From positions 1 to 45,266 of the IMG/VR virus record IMGVR_UViG_2718217897_000001: a stretch of 45,266 nt of DNA. The stretch is one strand, 5' to 3'. Every line of letters starts with the position of its first letter. Positions within the stretch are counted from its first letter, which is position 1. The stretch is from a virus (Duplodnaviria; Heunggongvirae; Uroviricota; Caudoviricetes). Made by a program: the position numbers and the translations under genes. The notes below the pieces were generated by a model. It saw only the letters and a program-made list of their open reading frames with translations, was not told the origin of the DNA and did no database searches. Shown piece by piece: positions 27,618-38,578 of this stretch.

Positions 27618-28098
27618 TGTTCAGCAGCCCGCCGAGATGCGCTTTAACCGCGCCCGTGTCCGGCGGGCGTTTGTCACGATTGGGCAGCGTCATATGCGTG
27701 ATGCCCGTCGGCTGGTGATGCGCCGTGCGCGGTCGGCACCGGGTGAAAACCCCGGTTATCAGACCGGACGCCTGGCTCGTTCGATTGGTTATATGGTGCC
27801 GAGAGCCAGTAAAAAGCGAGCCGGTTTTATGACACGCATTGCCCCTAACCAGCGCAACGGGAAGGGGAACCGGATGATCTCTGGTGACTTCTATCCGGCG
27901 TTTCTGTTTTTTGGTGTCCGGGGAGGAGCAAAACGTCGTCGTAGTCATCATCGTGGTGCATCCGGTGGCAGCGGCTGGCGACTGGCTCCACGTAATAACT
28001 TCATGGTGGAAACGCTTGAAAAGAACCGCAGCTGGACACGCTATTTTCTGGCGCGGGAATTGCGTAAATCACTGAAGCCGGAGCGACGACACAGATGA
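27592..28098 (+). CDS. HK97 gp10-like virion protein
   Basis: Position. Basic protein. Confidence 0.5.
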   Translation: MATPFFHVDVQQPAEMRFNRARVRRAFVTIGQRHMRDARRLVMRRARSAPGENPGYQTGRLARSIGYMVPRASKKRAGFMTRIAPNQRNGKGNRMISGDFYPAFLFFGVRGGAKRRRSHHRGASGGSGWRLAPRNNFMVETLEKNRSWTRYFLARELRKSLKPERRHR

Positions 28099-28655
28099 AA
28101 CTGACGCCTGTTATTGCTGCGCTGCGTGCCCGCTGCCCGTATTTTGAAAACCGGGTGGCAGGCGCGGCACAGTTCAAAAATCTGCCGGAGGTCGGAAAGC
28201 TGAGACTCCCGGCGGCGTATGTGGTACCGGGTGATGACTCTCCGGGAGAAAACAAAAGCCAGACCGACTACTGGCAGGAGCTGAAAGAGGGCTTCTCCGT
28301 GGTTGTCATACTGAGTAACGGGCGTGATGAGCGCGGTCAGTTTGCCTCGTATGATGTGGTGGACGATGTCCGGCAGATGCTCTTTAAGGCTCTGCTGGGC
28401 TGGAACCCGGAAGCGTGCGGTAACCCGATTACCTATGACGGCGGCACGCTGCTGGATCTGAATCGTCATGAGCTGATTTATCAGTTCGATTTTTCGGTCA
28501 TCAGCGAGCTGACTGAAGACGATACCCGCCAGCAGGATGATCTGAACAGTCTGGATGAACTGCAAACGCTGGCGATTGATGTTGATTATCTCGAGCCCGG
28601 TAACGGGCCTGACGGCGATATCGAACATCACACCGAAATAACCCTTCCTTCCTGA
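28095..28655 (+). CDS. tail-associated structural protein (tail terminator or completion candidate)
   Basis: Position immediately upstream of the sheath module. Confidence 0.45.
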   Translation: MKLTPVIAALRARCPYFENRVAGAAQFKNLPEVGKLRLPAAYVVPGDDSPGENKSQTDYWQELKEGFSVVVILSNGRDERGQFASYDVVDDVRQMLFKALLGWNPEACGNPITYDGGTLLDLNRHELIYQFDFSVISELTEDDTRQQDDLNSLDELQTLAIDVDYLEPGNGPDGDIEHHTEITLPS

Positions 28656-28663
28656 GGATCCTC

Positions 28664-28831
28664 ATGTTTGTCAAACCTGTTAAAGGGCGGTCAGTTCCTG
28701 ATCCTGCCCGCGGCGACCTTTTGCCCGCCGAAGGGCGAAATGTTGACGAGAACAACTACTGGCTGCGCCGTGAAGCAGCGGGTGATATCCGGCGCGTGAA
28801 TAAAAAGGTGAATACCGATGACGATAAGCTT
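28664..28831 (+). CDS. small protein upstream of the sheath gene (DUF2635-like)
   Basis: 55-aa ORF, below the track cutoff. The family call is from memory. Confidence 0.35.
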
Positions 28832-30314
28832 TAACACCATTCCGTCGAATACGCTGGTTCCGTTGTTTTATGCGGAAATGGATAACCAGGCGGCGAATAC
28901 TGCACAGGACAGCGGAGCATCGCTGCTGATTGGTCATGCCAATAACGGTGCAGAGATTGTTGCCAACAGTCTGGTACTGATGCCGTCGGCAGACTATGCA
29001 CGCCAGATTTGTGGTGCGGGAAGTCAGCTGGCGCGTATGGTCGAGGCTTATCGCCAGACTGACCCGTTTGGCGAGCTGTATGTGATTGCCGTTCCGGAAG
29101 CCACAGGCGCGGCGGCAACGGTTACGCTGACGGTGACCGGGGCGGCAACCGAAACCGGCACGGTGAATGTTTATGTGGGACGTACCCGCGTGCAGGCACC
29201 GGTGACCAATGGCGATAACGTCGCGACGATTGCCGGCAGTATCCAGGATGCCATCAATGCCGTTCCGGCCCTGCCGTTTACGGCCTCATCTTCGGCTGGC
29301 GTGGTCACACTGACCGCGCGTCATAAGGGGCTTTGCGGGAATGAAATTCCTGTCAGCCTCAATTACTACGGCTTCGGTGGGGGAGAAGTGCTGCCTGCGG
29401 GCGTACAGATTGCCGTGGCGGCGGGGACCGCCGGAACGGGGGCTCCTGTTCTCACCGGCGCGGTGGCTGCAATGGCGGATGAGCCGTTTGATTATATCGG
29501 TCTTCCGTTCAACGACACGGCCTCCGTTAACACGCTGGTGACCGAGATGAACGATACCAGCGGTCGCTGGAGCTATGCGCGTCAGCTGTATGGTCATGTG
29601 TATACGGCAAAGATCGGCACGCTGTCAGAACTGGTGACCGCAGGTGACCAGTTTAACCAGCAGCACATTACCCTGGCGGGGTACGAAAAAGAGACCCAGA
29701 CGCCTGCCGACGAGCTGGCGGCAAGCCGTGCCGCCCGCGCAGCGGTGTTTATTCGCAACGATCCGGCACGTCCCACGCAGACCGGTGAGCTGGTGGGTAT
29801 GCTGCCTGCGCCGAAGGGGAAACGGTTCACGATGACCGAACAACAGACTCTGCTGTCTCATGGCGTGGCAACGGCGTATGTCGAAAGCGGGGTGCTGCGC
29901 ATTCAGCGTGATGTCACCACGTACAGGAAAAATGCTTACGGGGTTGCGGATAACAGCTACCTCGACAGCGAGACGCTGCATACCAGTGCGTATGTACTGC
30001 GCAAACTGAAATCCGTCATTACCAGTAAGTACGGGCGTCACAAGCTTGCCAGTGACGGTACCCGCTTTGGTCCCGGTCAGGCGATTGTCACCCCGGCGGT
30101 GATCAAAGGGGAACTGCTGGCAACCTACCGTCAGCTCGAGCGTGCGGGGATCGTGGAAAACTACGAACTGTTCAAGCAGTACCTGGTTGTAGAGCGTGAT
30201 GCCAGCGATCCGAACCGCCTGAACACGCTGTTCCCGCCTGACTATGTTAACCAGTTGCGTGTCTTTGCCGTGGTTAACCAGTTCCGTCTTCAGTATTCAG
30301 AGGAGTCTGCATAA
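28818..30314 (+). CDS. contractile tail sheath protein (Mu L-like)
   Basis: 498 aa, followed by a 118-aa tube gene, as in Mu. Confidence 0.8.
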   Translation: MTISFNTIPSNTLVPLFYAEMDNQAANTAQDSGASLLIGHANNGAEIVANSLVLMPSADYARQICGAGSQLARMVEAYRQTDPFGELYVIAVPEATGAAATVTLTVTGAATETGTVNVYVGRTRVQAPVTNGDNVATIAGSIQDAINAVPALPFTASSSAGVVTLTARHKGLCGNEIPVSLNYYGFGGGEVLPAGVQIAVAAGTAGTGAPVLTGAVAAMADEPFDYIGLPFNDTASVNTLVTEMNDTSGRWSYARQLYGHVYTAKIGTLSELVTAGDQFNQQHITLAGYEKETQTPADELAASRAARAAVFIRNDPARPTQTGELVGMLPAPKGKRFTMTEQQTLLSHGVATAYVESGVLRIQRDVTTYRKNAYGVADNSYLDSETLHTSAYVLRKLKSVITSKYGRHKLASDGTRFGPGQAIVTPAVIKGELLATYRQLERAGIVENYELFKQYLVVERDASDPNRLNTLFPPDYVNQLRVFAVVNQFRLQYSEESA

Positions 30315-30670
30315 TGGCCCGTATCGGGGGAACCTGTTATTTCAAAATTGACGGTCAGCAGCTATCGCTGACCGGCGGCATTGAGGTGCCCATGAACAGG
30401 ACGGTCAATGATGACATCATCGGCCTGGACGGCTCAGTGGACCGCAAGGAAACTCACCGTGCGCCTTATGTCAAAGGGACCTTCAAGGTGCCGAAGAATT
30501 TTCCGGTGAACAAAATCACCTCGTCTGATGAGATGACAATCACTGCCGAGCTGGCGAACGGTCAGGTCTATGTACTGTCGTCTGCCTGGCTGCACGGCGA
30601 AGCGAACCATAATGCCGAAGAAGGCACGGTTGATCTTGAGTTCCACGGTGAAGAAGGGGATTACCAGTAA
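30314..30670 (+). CDS. tail tube protein (Mu M-like)
   Basis: 118 aa, directly after the sheath. Confidence 0.8.
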   Translation: MARIGGTCYFKIDGQQLSLTGGIEVPMNRTVNDDIIGLDGSVDRKETHRAPYVKGTFKVPKNFPVNKITSSDEMTITAELANGQVYVLSSAWLHGEANHNAEEGTVDLEFHGEEGDYQ

Positions 30671-30939
30671 TGAAAGAGCTTGAGTTAAAGAAACCGATTA
30701 CCGCTCATGGCGAGACACTCTCCGTACTGGAGTTTGATGAGCCCACCGGGAAAGATGTCCGCGAGCTGGGATATCCCTACCAGATGAATCAGGATGAGTC
30801 CGTCAGACTTCTGGCGCATGTGGTATCGAAATACATCGTGCGGCTGGCGAAAGTGCCGCAAAGCTCTGTCGACCAGATGTCTCCGGCAGACCTGAATGCA
30901 GCGGCGTGGCTTGTGGCCGGTTTTTTCCTCCAGGCCTGA
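30670..30939 (+). CDS. tail assembly chaperone
   Basis: Small ORF between the tube and tape measure genes. Confidence 0.55.
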   Translation: MKELELKKPITAHGETLSVLEFDEPTGKDVRELGYPYQMNQDESVRLLAHVVSKYIVRLAKVPQSSVDQMSPADLNAAAWLVAGFFLQA

Positions 30940-31088
30940 CGGCTGAATACCTCACTGATCGCTTCTTTGACTGCGCCAGCTACTGGCGCATTAATCCTTT
31001 CGAATTGCTGAATATGCCGATCAGTGAAATTCCCTTACTGGTCAGTCAGGCAAACAGGATAGAGCAGGAGAAACGCACACATGGCTGA
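30906..31088 (+). CDS. second tail-chaperone ORF, overlapping (possible frameshift partner)
   Basis: Overlaps the previous ORF in another frame, immediately before the tape measure gene. Confidence 0.35.
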   Translation: MACGRFFPPGLTAEYLTDRFFDCASYWRINPFELLNMPISEIPLLVSQANRIEQEKRTHG

Positions 31089-32916
31089 ATTTGAGCTTAA
31101 GGCGTTGATCACCGGTGTCGACAGGCTTTCTCCGGCGCTGTCGAAAATGCAAAAGAAAATCCGGGGATTTAAACGCCAGGCGGAAGAAGCGTCACAGGGT
31201 GGGCTGGCGCTTGGTGGCGGACTGGCAGCGGGTCTGACGCTTTCCCTGAAATCTTATGCCGATCAGGAAAACGCCGCCACCGGGCTGAAAGTCGCCATGA
31301 TGGATGCGAACGGCGAGGTTGGAAAGAGCTTTCAGGACATCAATAAACTGGCTATTGGCCTGGGTAACCAGCTACCCGGTACAACGGCTGATTTCCAGAA
31401 CATGATGCAGATGCTGGTGCGTCAGGGGATCCCGGTAGAAAACATTCTGGGTGGTGTGGGTAAAGCGACAGCTTATCTTGCGGTACAACTGAAAAAAACA
31501 CCGGAAGCGGCTGCTGAGTTTGCTGCAAAGATGCAGGATGCTACCGGAACGGCGTCAGAAGACATGATGGGGCTGTTCGACACTATCCAGAAGGCGTTTT
31601 ATCTGGGCGTTGACGATACCAACATGTTGTCCTTCTTCACTAAAACCAGTTCTGTTCTGAAGATGGTGAACAAGGACGGTCTTCAGGCTGCACAGAGCCT
31701 TGCCCCCATCAGCGTCATGATGGATCAGATGGGGATGAACGGGGAGTCGGCAGGTAATGCCCTGCGAAAAGTTATCCAGTCCGGATTAAGCGTTAAGAAA
31801 ATCAGGGACGTTAATAAAGTTATGGCCCGCCAGAAACTCGGAGTGCAGCTCGATTTTACTGACGGCAAAGGGAGTTTTGGCGGTCTTGATAACATGTTTA
31901 AGCAACTGGCAAAGCTGCGAAAACTGACCGACGTTAAGCGAACAGGTGTACTTAAGGCAATATTTGGTGATGATGCCGAAACCCTTCAGGTGGTCAATGC
32001 ACTAATCGATAAAGGAAAGGATGGCTACGATCAGATCCAGCAGAAGATGAATAAACAGGCCAGCCTGAATAAACGTGTTCAGGCACAGCTTGGTACGCTG
32101 TCCAACCTGTGGGAGGCAATGACAGGGACCGCAACTAACGGCCTTGCGGCTATTGGCGGCGCATTTTCTGGTGACGCTAAAAATATCACGCAATGGCTGG
32201 GGGAGTTGGGGGAGAAATTCACGAAGTTTGCGGATAAAAATCCCCGGGTTATTCGCGGCGTCGTCGGGCTTGCTGCCGGTCTTGCGATTCTGAAACTGGG
32301 ATTGATGGGCGTTGGCGGTGCCATCAGTATTGTCAGCAGGATCATGTCGATGACGCCGATTGGCATGATTGCGACGGCGATAGCCCTGGCTGCGGGATTA
32401 ATTATCACTAACTGGGATGTTGTCGGACCTTATTTTAAGAAACTCTGGGAAACCATTGGTCCTTATTTTGAGACTGGCTGGGAACTTCTTAAGAAGGTTT
32501 TTGCCTGGTCGCCGCTGGGGATGGTGATCAATAACTGGGGACCGGTTGTTAAGTGGTTTCAGGATATGTGGGACAAGCTGAAGCCAATTATTGAGTGGTT
32601 TACCGACAGTTCCGGTGACACGGTCGATGCCATTAACTCTGCGCAGTGGGGCGCGGGTGCTTATGATGCTTATGGGACGGGAATACCGGCGCGGGGATAC
32701 ACACCTTATCAGGCGGTAGATCCGGCTCAGTCAAACAACGCCTCCGGTGCCACAGGCCCGAATCCCTTCATGATTAACAAAGCTTCTGCGCCAAAAGTTG
32801 ATGGTGAGATCAAGGTCTCTTTTGTGAATTCGCCTCCGGGTATGCGGGTTATGGAAACGCGATCCAGCGGTTTTGATGTCAGCCATGATGTTGGCTATAC
32901 GCGCTTTGGCAGGTAA
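31081..32916 (+). CDS. tail tape measure protein
   Basis: 611 aa, Ala/Gly-rich with hydrophobic segments. Confidence 0.85.
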   Translation: MAEFELKALITGVDRLSPALSKMQKKIRGFKRQAEEASQGGLALGGGLAAGLTLSLKSYADQENAATGLKVAMMDANGEVGKSFQDINKLAIGLGNQLPGTTADFQNMMQMLVRQGIPVENILGGVGKATAYLAVQLKKTPEAAAEFAAKMQDATGTASEDMMGLFDTIQKAFYLGVDDTNMLSFFTKTSSVLKMVNKDGLQAAQSLAPISVMMDQMGMNGESAGNALRKVIQSGLSVKKIRDVNKVMARQKLGVQLDFTDGKGSFGGLDNMFKQLAKLRKLTDVKRTGVLKAIFGDDAETLQVVNALIDKGKDGYDQIQQKMNKQASLNKRVQAQLGTLSNLWEAMTGTATNGLAAIGGAFSGDAKNITQWLGELGEKFTKFADKNPRVIRGVVGLAAGLAILKLGLMGVGGAISIVSRIMSMTPIGMIATAIALAAGLIITNWDVVGPYFKKLWETIGPYFETGWELLKKVFAWSPLGMVINNWGPVVKWFQDMWDKLKPIIEWFTDSSGDTVDAINSAQWGAGAYDAYGTGIPARGYTPYQAVDPAQSNNASGATGPNPFMINKASAPKVDGEIKVSFVNSPPGMRVMETRSSGFDVSHDVGYTRFGR

Positions 32917-32976
32917 TGAAAAATTAATCTGTTAATGAGTCCCACTCCGGTGGGATTTTTTATGTACGGAGTTTAT

Positions 32977-34305
32977 ATGACGTGGAAAGACAGACTTCAG
33001 GACGCGTCATTTCGCGGTGTGCCGTTTAAGGTTGAAGAAGAAAGTGCGGGAACCGGTCGTCGTGTGGAAACGCACGAATACCCGAACCGCGACAAACCCT
33101 ATACCGAAGACCTGGGGAAAATCACTTTCCGCCCGTCCATCACAGCTTATGTGGTGGGAGATGACTGCTTTGACCAGCGCGATCGCCTGATTGACGCGCT
33201 GAATAAACCCGGTCCCGGCACGCTTGTCCATCCGACTTACGGTGAGCTGAAAGTCTGTGTTGACGGGGAAGTTCGGGTCAGCACATCGAAGAGTGAAGGG
33301 CGTATTGTCCGCTTTGACCTGAAGTTTGTCGAAGCGGGAGAACTCTCTTACCCCACTTCAGGTGCGGCGACGGCGCAGACGCTGATGTCATCCTGTTCTG
33401 CACTGGATGACTGCATCAGTGACAGCTTCAGTGGTTTCAGTATCGATGGCGTGGCAGATTTTGTGCAGAACGACGTCGTCGGTAATGCCAGCACAATGCT
33501 TGGGTATGTTTCTGATGCGATGAAAGTGGTGGATTCTGCCGTATCGGATGCCGCCAGGCTGTTGCAGGGGGATATCTCGGTACTTCTGCCGCCACCATCG
33601 TCAGGCAAAAATTTCGTTGAGCAGGTGCAGAAAATGTGGCGTACCGGGAAACGCCTTTATGGTAACGCCAGCGACCTGGTCACCATGATCAAAACGCTTT
33701 CCGGTGTCAGCCTCGGCAGCGATCTGCAACCGCGCGGCGTCTGGAAAACGGACAGTAAAACTACCGCCACGGCGACGCAGCAGCGTAACGTGGTTGCCAG
33801 CACCCTTCGTACAACCGCAATCAGCGAAGCGGCGTATGCCGTCACACGATTGCCTGCGCCCACAACTTCCGCGGTGATGCAGAATGCCACAGTAGGGCAG
33901 TCAACAACACCCGCGCAGAGCACCGGCTGGCCTTCTGTCACGCATCCGGCACTGAACAATGCACCGGCGGTGAAAAACACGGTTGACCTGCCAACGTGGG
34001 AAGAACTGACCGACATTCGCGACACACTGAATACGGCAATTGATAAGGAGTTGTCCCGTACAACCAGTGATGCGCTGTTTCTGGCGCTGCGCCGGGTGAA
34101 AGCAGATCTGAATGCGGATATCAACACGCGCCTTGAACAGTCTGCACGGATCATTCAGCGCACACCGGATGAGGTTTTACCCGCGCTGGTGCTGGCGGCG
34201 ACCTGGTTTGATAACGCGGCGCGTGACGCGGACATTATCCGGCGTAATGCCATTACGCATCCCGGCTTTGTGCCGGTGATCCCTCTGAAGGTGCCAGTGC
34301 AATGA
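32977..34305 (+). CDS. DNA circularization protein (Mu N-like)
   Basis: N-terminus MTWKDRLQDASFRGVPF typical of this family. ATG at 32977. Confidence 0.7.
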   Translation: MTWKDRLQDASFRGVPFKVEEESAGTGRRVETHEYPNRDKPYTEDLGKITFRPSITAYVVGDDCFDQRDRLIDALNKPGPGTLVHPTYGELKVCVDGEVRVSTSKSEGRIVRFDLKFVEAGELSYPTSGAATAQTLMSSCSALDDCISDSFSGFSIDGVADFVQNDVVGNASTMLGYVSDAMKVVDSAVSDAARLLQGDISVLLPPPSSGKNFVEQVQKMWRTGKRLYGNASDLVTMIKTLSGVSLGSDLQPRGVWKTDSKTTATATQQRNVVASTLRTTAISEAAYAVTRLPAPTTSAVMQNATVGQSTTPAQSTGWPSVTHPALNNAPAVKNTVDLPTWEELTDIRDTLNTAIDKELSRTTSDALFLALRRVKADLNADINTRLEQSARIIQRTPDEVLPALVLAATWFDNAARDADIIRRNAITHPGFVPVIPLKVPVQ

Positions 34306-35381
34306 ACGATAACGTCACGCTACGGGTAAATGGCCGGGAGTGGAATGGCTGGACATCGGTGCGCATCGGTGCCGGTATTGAACGGCTGGCGCGGGATTTC
34401 AGTGTGGAGATCACCCGCCAGTGGCCGGGAGATGAGGGTATCACCACGCTTCAGCCGCGCATTAAAAACGGTTCAAAAGTGGAAGTGCTGATTGGTGATG
34501 AGCTGGTGATCACCGGCTGGGTGGAGGCGACGCCCGTTCGTTACGATTCCCGTTCGGTCAGCACCGGTATTGCCGGACGCAGTCTGACGGCTGACCTGAT
34601 TGACTGTGCAGCCGAACCGACACAGTTTAACGGACGCTCGCTGGTGCAGATTGCGCAGGCGCTTGCTGCGCCTTTCGGCATTGAGGTGGTGAACAGCGGT
34701 GCGCCGTCGGGTGTTATTCCTGATGTTCAGCCTGATCACGGTGAAACGGTGATTGAGGTAATCAACAAAATACTCGGTCAGCAGCAGGCACTGGCTTACG
34801 ACGACCCGCACGGCAGGCTGGTGATTGGCGGTATTGGCTCAACGCGGGCACATACTGCGCTGGTACTCGGGGAAAACATCCTTTCCTGCGATACGGAGAA
34901 GAGTATCCGGGAGCGATTTTCTGTTTACCAGGTGGCGGGGCAGCGTGCCGGAAACGACGATGATTTCGGTGAGGCCACCACCACCGCGCTGCGGGCCCGC
35001 ACAGAGGACGCATTTATTGCCCGTTACCGTCCGATGTATATCAGGCAGACAGGGCAGGCCACGGGGGCAGGCTGTATTGCGCGTGCTGACTTTGAAGCCC
35101 GACAACGGGCGGCGCGGACGGATGAAACCACCTATGTGGTGCAGGGCTGGCGACAGGGTAACGGTACGCTGTGGCAGCCCAACCAGCGGGTGATTGTCTT
35201 CGATCCGGTCTGTGGTTTCGACAATACCGAACTGCTTGTCTCGGAAGTCACGTTTACTCAGGACCAGAACGGCACCCTGACGGAAATCCGTGTCGGCCCG
35301 CCTGATGCTTATCTGCCTGAACCCGAAGCCCCCGGCGCGCGGAAAAAGAAAAAAGCCAGAGTACAGGAGGACCCGTTCTGA
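34302..35381 (+). CDS. baseplate hub protein (Mu P-like)
   Basis: Order and size as in the Mu tail module. Confidence 0.7.
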   Translation: MNDNVTLRVNGREWNGWTSVRIGAGIERLARDFSVEITRQWPGDEGITTLQPRIKNGSKVEVLIGDELVITGWVEATPVRYDSRSVSTGIAGRSLTADLIDCAAEPTQFNGRSLVQIAQALAAPFGIEVVNSGAPSGVIPDVQPDHGETVIEVINKILGQQQALAYDDPHGRLVIGGIGSTRAHTALVLGENILSCDTEKSIRERFSVYQVAGQRAGNDDDFGEATTTALRARTEDAFIARYRPMYIRQTGQATGAGCIARADFEARQRAARTDETTYVVQGWRQGNGTLWQPNQRVIVFDPVCGFDNTELLVSEVTFTQDQNGTLTEIRVGPPDAYLPEPEAPGARKKKKARVQEDPF

Positions 35382-35929
35382 TGAGGACGATTGAAGCCAT
35401 GCAGCGACAACTTCTCGGCCTGATTGGGCGGGCAGTGGTGAAAAGCATCAGTGCCGCCACGAAATGTCAGACCGTGGATGTGTCCCTGATTGCCGGTGAA
35501 CCCAAAGCCGGGGTTGAACATCTTGAACCCTACGGTTTTACCGCAAGGGCAAACAGCGGTGCGGAAGCGGTGGTGTTGTTTCCGGATGGCGACCGTTCTC
35601 ATGCGGTGGTTGTTACGGTGTCGGACCGGCGCTACCGCCTGAAAGGGCTGCAAACGGGTGAGGTGGCTGTCTATGACGATCAGGGGCAGTCTGTGACGCT
35701 GACCCGGGAGGGGATCGTGGTGGACGGTGCAGGGAAAACGATCACGTTTCGCAATGCACCTGAAGCACGTTTTGAAATGGATCTGGAAGTGACCGGACAG
35801 GTGAAAGACCTGTGCGACTCCGGCGGCACCACCATGTCAGCGATGCGGCTTGCCTATAACGGGCATCGTCACAGAGAGAACGGTCAGGGCAGTAACACCG
35901 ACAAACCTGATAAAGCGATGGAGGCATGA
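35381..35929 (+). CDS. baseplate spike / assembly protein V (Mu gp45-like)
   Basis: 182 aa, in order. Confidence 0.7.
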   Translation: MRTIEAMQRQLLGLIGRAVVKSISAATKCQTVDVSLIAGEPKAGVEHLEPYGFTARANSGAEAVVLFPDGDRSHAVVVTVSDRRYRLKGLQTGEVAVYDDQGQSVTLTREGIVVDGAGKTITFRNAPEARFEMDLEVTGQVKDLCDSGGTTMSAMRLAYNGHRHRENGQGSNTDKPDKAMEA

Positions 35930-36354
35930 TGGAACTGTGGCTGACGGTGAACGGTAAACGCACCTGCGCCAGCGCACCGCTGGATCCGCTGACCCGCGCC
36001 GTGGTGATTTCCCTGTTCACCTGGCGGCGGGCGGAGCCTGATGACAATGCCGACGTCCCGATGGGATGGTGGGGGGATACCTGGCCTGCGGTACAGAATG
36101 ACCGTTACGGCTCCCGACTGTGGTTGCTTCAGCGCAGCAAACTGACCAATCAGCTGGTGCAGACGGTAAGGGGATATATCCGCGAATGCCTGCAATGGAT
36201 GACTGATGACGGCGTGGTGTTCCGTATTGATCTGGATATCCGCCGCACCGGGATTAATGAGCTGGGTAACAGTATCACCCTCTGGCGTCGTGATGGACCA
36301 GTAATGATTTCTTTTGATGATCTGTGGAGTGCGATAACGCATGGCGGACAGTGA
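35926..36354 (+). CDS. GP46-family baseplate protein
   Basis: 142 aa, in order. Confidence 0.65.
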   Translation: MMELWLTVNGKRTCASAPLDPLTRAVVISLFTWRRAEPDDNADVPMGWWGDTWPAVQNDRYGSRLWLLQRSKLTNQLVQTVRGYIRECLQWMTDDGVVFRIDLDIRRTGINELGNSITLWRRDGPVMISFDDLWSAITHGGQ

Positions 36355-37399
36355 ATTTCAGCGCCCGACGCTGGCAGAAAATATCAGTATGCTCCGTAAC
36401 GATTTATTCGCCAGGCTGGACGTCAGCGACACGCTCCGGCGCATGGATGAAGACGTGCGGGCAAAGGTGTATGCGGCGGCGCTGCATACGGTCTACGGTT
36501 ACATCGATTATCTGGCAATGAATATGCTGCCTGACCTGTGCGATGAGTCCTGGCTGGCGCGACATGCTGCGATGAAACGGTGTCCGCGCAAGGGAGCCAC
36601 GGTTGCCAGCGGGTATATGCGCTGGGAAGGTGTCAGCGATGGCCTGAAGGTGACTGCCGGGAGTGTTATTCAGCGCGATGACCTGGTGCAGTACACGACA
36701 ACTGACGATGCAATCAGCTCCGGTGGTGTCCTGCGCGTGCCGATCGCCTGCTCAAGTGCAGGTGCGGTCGGTAACGCTGACGACGGTACGGCATTAATCC
36801 TGGTCACGCCGGTGAATGGTCTGCCGTCTTCCGGTGTGGCTGACACCCTGACAGGCGGATTTGATACTGAAGAGCTGGAAACGTGGCGCGCCCGCGTCAT
36901 TGAGCGGTATTACTGGACGCCGCAGGGCGGGGCTGACGGGGACTATGTCGTCTGGGCTAAAGAAGTGCCTGGCATTACCCGCGCATGGACATACCGACAC
37001 TGGATGGGAACGGGGACTGTCGGTGTGATGATTGCCAGCAGTGACCTGATTAATCCCATTCCGGAAGAATCAACGGAAACGGCGGCAAGACAACATATCG
37101 GGCCACTGGCCCCGGTGGCAGGCTCTGATTTGTATGTGTTCAGGCCGGTGGCACATACGGTGGATTTTCATATCCGTGTGACGCCGGACACACCGGAAAT
37201 ACGGGCTGCCATCACCGCGGAGTTGCGTTCGTTCCTGCTGCGTGATGGTTATCCGCAGGGAGAACTGAAGGTGTCACGTATCAGTGAAGCGATTTCCGGT
37301 GCGAACGGGGAATACAGCCATCAGTTGCTTGCACCGGCGGACAATATCACCATTACGAAAAATGAACTGGCGGTTCTGGGGGCGATTTCATGGACGTGA
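36341..37399 (+). CDS. baseplate J-like protein (Mu gp47-like)
   Basis: 352 aa, in order. Confidence 0.75.
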   Translation: MADSEFQRPTLAENISMLRNDLFARLDVSDTLRRMDEDVRAKVYAAALHTVYGYIDYLAMNMLPDLCDESWLARHAAMKRCPRKGATVASGYMRWEGVSDGLKVTAGSVIQRDDLVQYTTTDDAISSGGVLRVPIACSSAGAVGNADDGTALILVTPVNGLPSSGVADTLTGGFDTEELETWRARVIERYYWTPQGGADGDYVVWAKEVPGITRAWTYRHWMGTGTVGVMIASSDLINPIPEESTETAARQHIGPLAPVAGSDLYVFRPVAHTVDFHIRVTPDTPEIRAAITAELRSFLLRDGYPQGELKVSRISEAISGANGEYSHQLLAPADNITITKNELAVLGAISWT

Positions 37400-37974
37400 C
37401 AAACGATGATTACATCCGTCTGTTGTCAGCACTGTTGCCGCCCGGTCCGGCGTGGTCAGCCAGCGATCCGGCGATTGCCGGTGCGGCACCGTCATTAACC
37501 CGTGTTCATCAGCGTGCGGATGCCCTGATGCAGGAGCTGGATCCGCGCACCACCACCGAACTGATAAACCGCTGGGAGCGTCTGTGCGGCCTGCCGGATG
37601 AATGTATTCCGGCAGGGACGCAGACTCTTCGCCAGCGTCAGCAACGGCTGGATGCGAAGGTTAACCTGGCGGGCGGCATCAACGAGGATTTTTATCTTGC
37701 ACAGCTTGCTGCCCTGGGCAGGCCAGATGCCACCATCACGCGATACGACAAAAGCACCTTCACCTGCTCATCGGCCTGTACTGACGCGGTGAATGCGCCG
37801 GAATGGCGGTATTACTGGCAGATCAACATGCCAGCCGCCACCAACACCACCTGGATGACATGTGGCGATCCCTGTGATTCCGCACTGCGTATATGGGGCG
37901 ACACCGTTGTCGAGTGTGTGCTTAACAAACTCTGCCCGTCGCATACCTACGTAATTTTTAAATATCCGGAGTAA
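37390..37974 (+). CDS. baseplate/tail protein (Mu gp48 / YmfQ-like)
   Basis: 194 aa, in order, immediately before the tail fibre gene. Confidence 0.65.
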   Translation: MDVTNDDYIRLLSALLPPGPAWSASDPAIAGAAPSLTRVHQRADALMQELDPRTTTELINRWERLCGLPDECIPAGTQTLRQRQQRLDAKVNLAGGINEDFYLAQLAALGRPDATITRYDKSTFTCSSACTDAVNAPEWRYYWQINMPAATNTTWMTCGDPCDSALRIWGDTVVECVLNKLCPSHTYVIFKYPE

Positions 37975-37977
37975 TCC

Positions 37978-38577
37978 ATGCATCGCATAGACACTAAAAC
38001 CGCGCAGAAGGATAAGTTCGGCGCGGGTAAGAACGGTTTTACTCGTGGTAACCCCCAGACCGGCACACCTGCCACCGATCTGGATGATGACTACTTTGAT
38101 ATGTTGCAGGAAGAACTCTGCAGCGTGGTGGAGGCATCCGGTGCCAGCCTGGAGAAGGCGCGGCACGACCAGTTGCTTACCGCGCTTCGTGCGCTGCTGT
38201 TAAGCCGCAAGAATCCGTTTGGCGATATCAAATCGGATGGCACGGTGAAAACGGCTCTCGAAAACCTTGGTTTAAGAGCAAGCGGGCAGTACACCGATAA
38301 TTTGTTATTTACAGGTCCTGATGGTCTTAAGATTCAGGTGTTTCGCCGGACGCTCGCAAATTTGACTACTGTCGGTGTAGTAAATTCTGTGCCAGTGACT
38401 TTCCCTGTCCCGTTCCCTGTTAATTGCTGGGGCGTTTTTTCTACCAAATTAACATGGGTTCAGATAACTAACTCATGCGAGTGGGTAAGCAATACAGGAT
38501 TTACCGCTCAGGTCATGATGAATATTGCTGTAAATACAAACACCTCAGACGCTATGTTTTTAGCTATAGGATATTAA
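37978..38577 (+). CDS. tail fibre protein (constant N-terminus fused to the currently expressed variable C-terminus)
   Basis: N-terminus [26 protein letters not shown] typical of e14/Mu/P2 tail fibres. The crossover site lies inside the gene at ~38255-38280. Confidence 0.8.
   Translation: MHRIDTKTAQKDKFGAGKNGFTRGNPQTGTPATDLDDDYFDMLQEELCSVVEASGASLEKARHDQLLTALRALLLSRKNPFGDIKSDGTVKTALENLGLRASGQYTDNLLFTGPDGLKIQVFRRTLANLTTVGVVNSVPVTFPVPFPVNCWGVFSTKLTWVQITNSCEWVSNTGFTAQVMMNIAVNTNTSDAMFLAIGY
38255..38280. repeat. invertase crossover site, left (gix/pix-like)
   Basis: Near-palindromic ctctcgaaaacc-tt-ggtttaagagc resembling Din-invertase recombination sites. Confidence 0.6.
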
Positions 38578-38578
38578 T

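Noticed and set aside
28041-28631. 196-aa minus-strand ORF across the tail-terminator region
   Set aside because: Antisense shadow ORF within the co-directional structural operon.
33657-34154. 165-aa minus-strand ORF inside the DNA circularization gene
   Set aside because: Antisense shadow ORF with low-complexity Ser/Ala/Arg composition.
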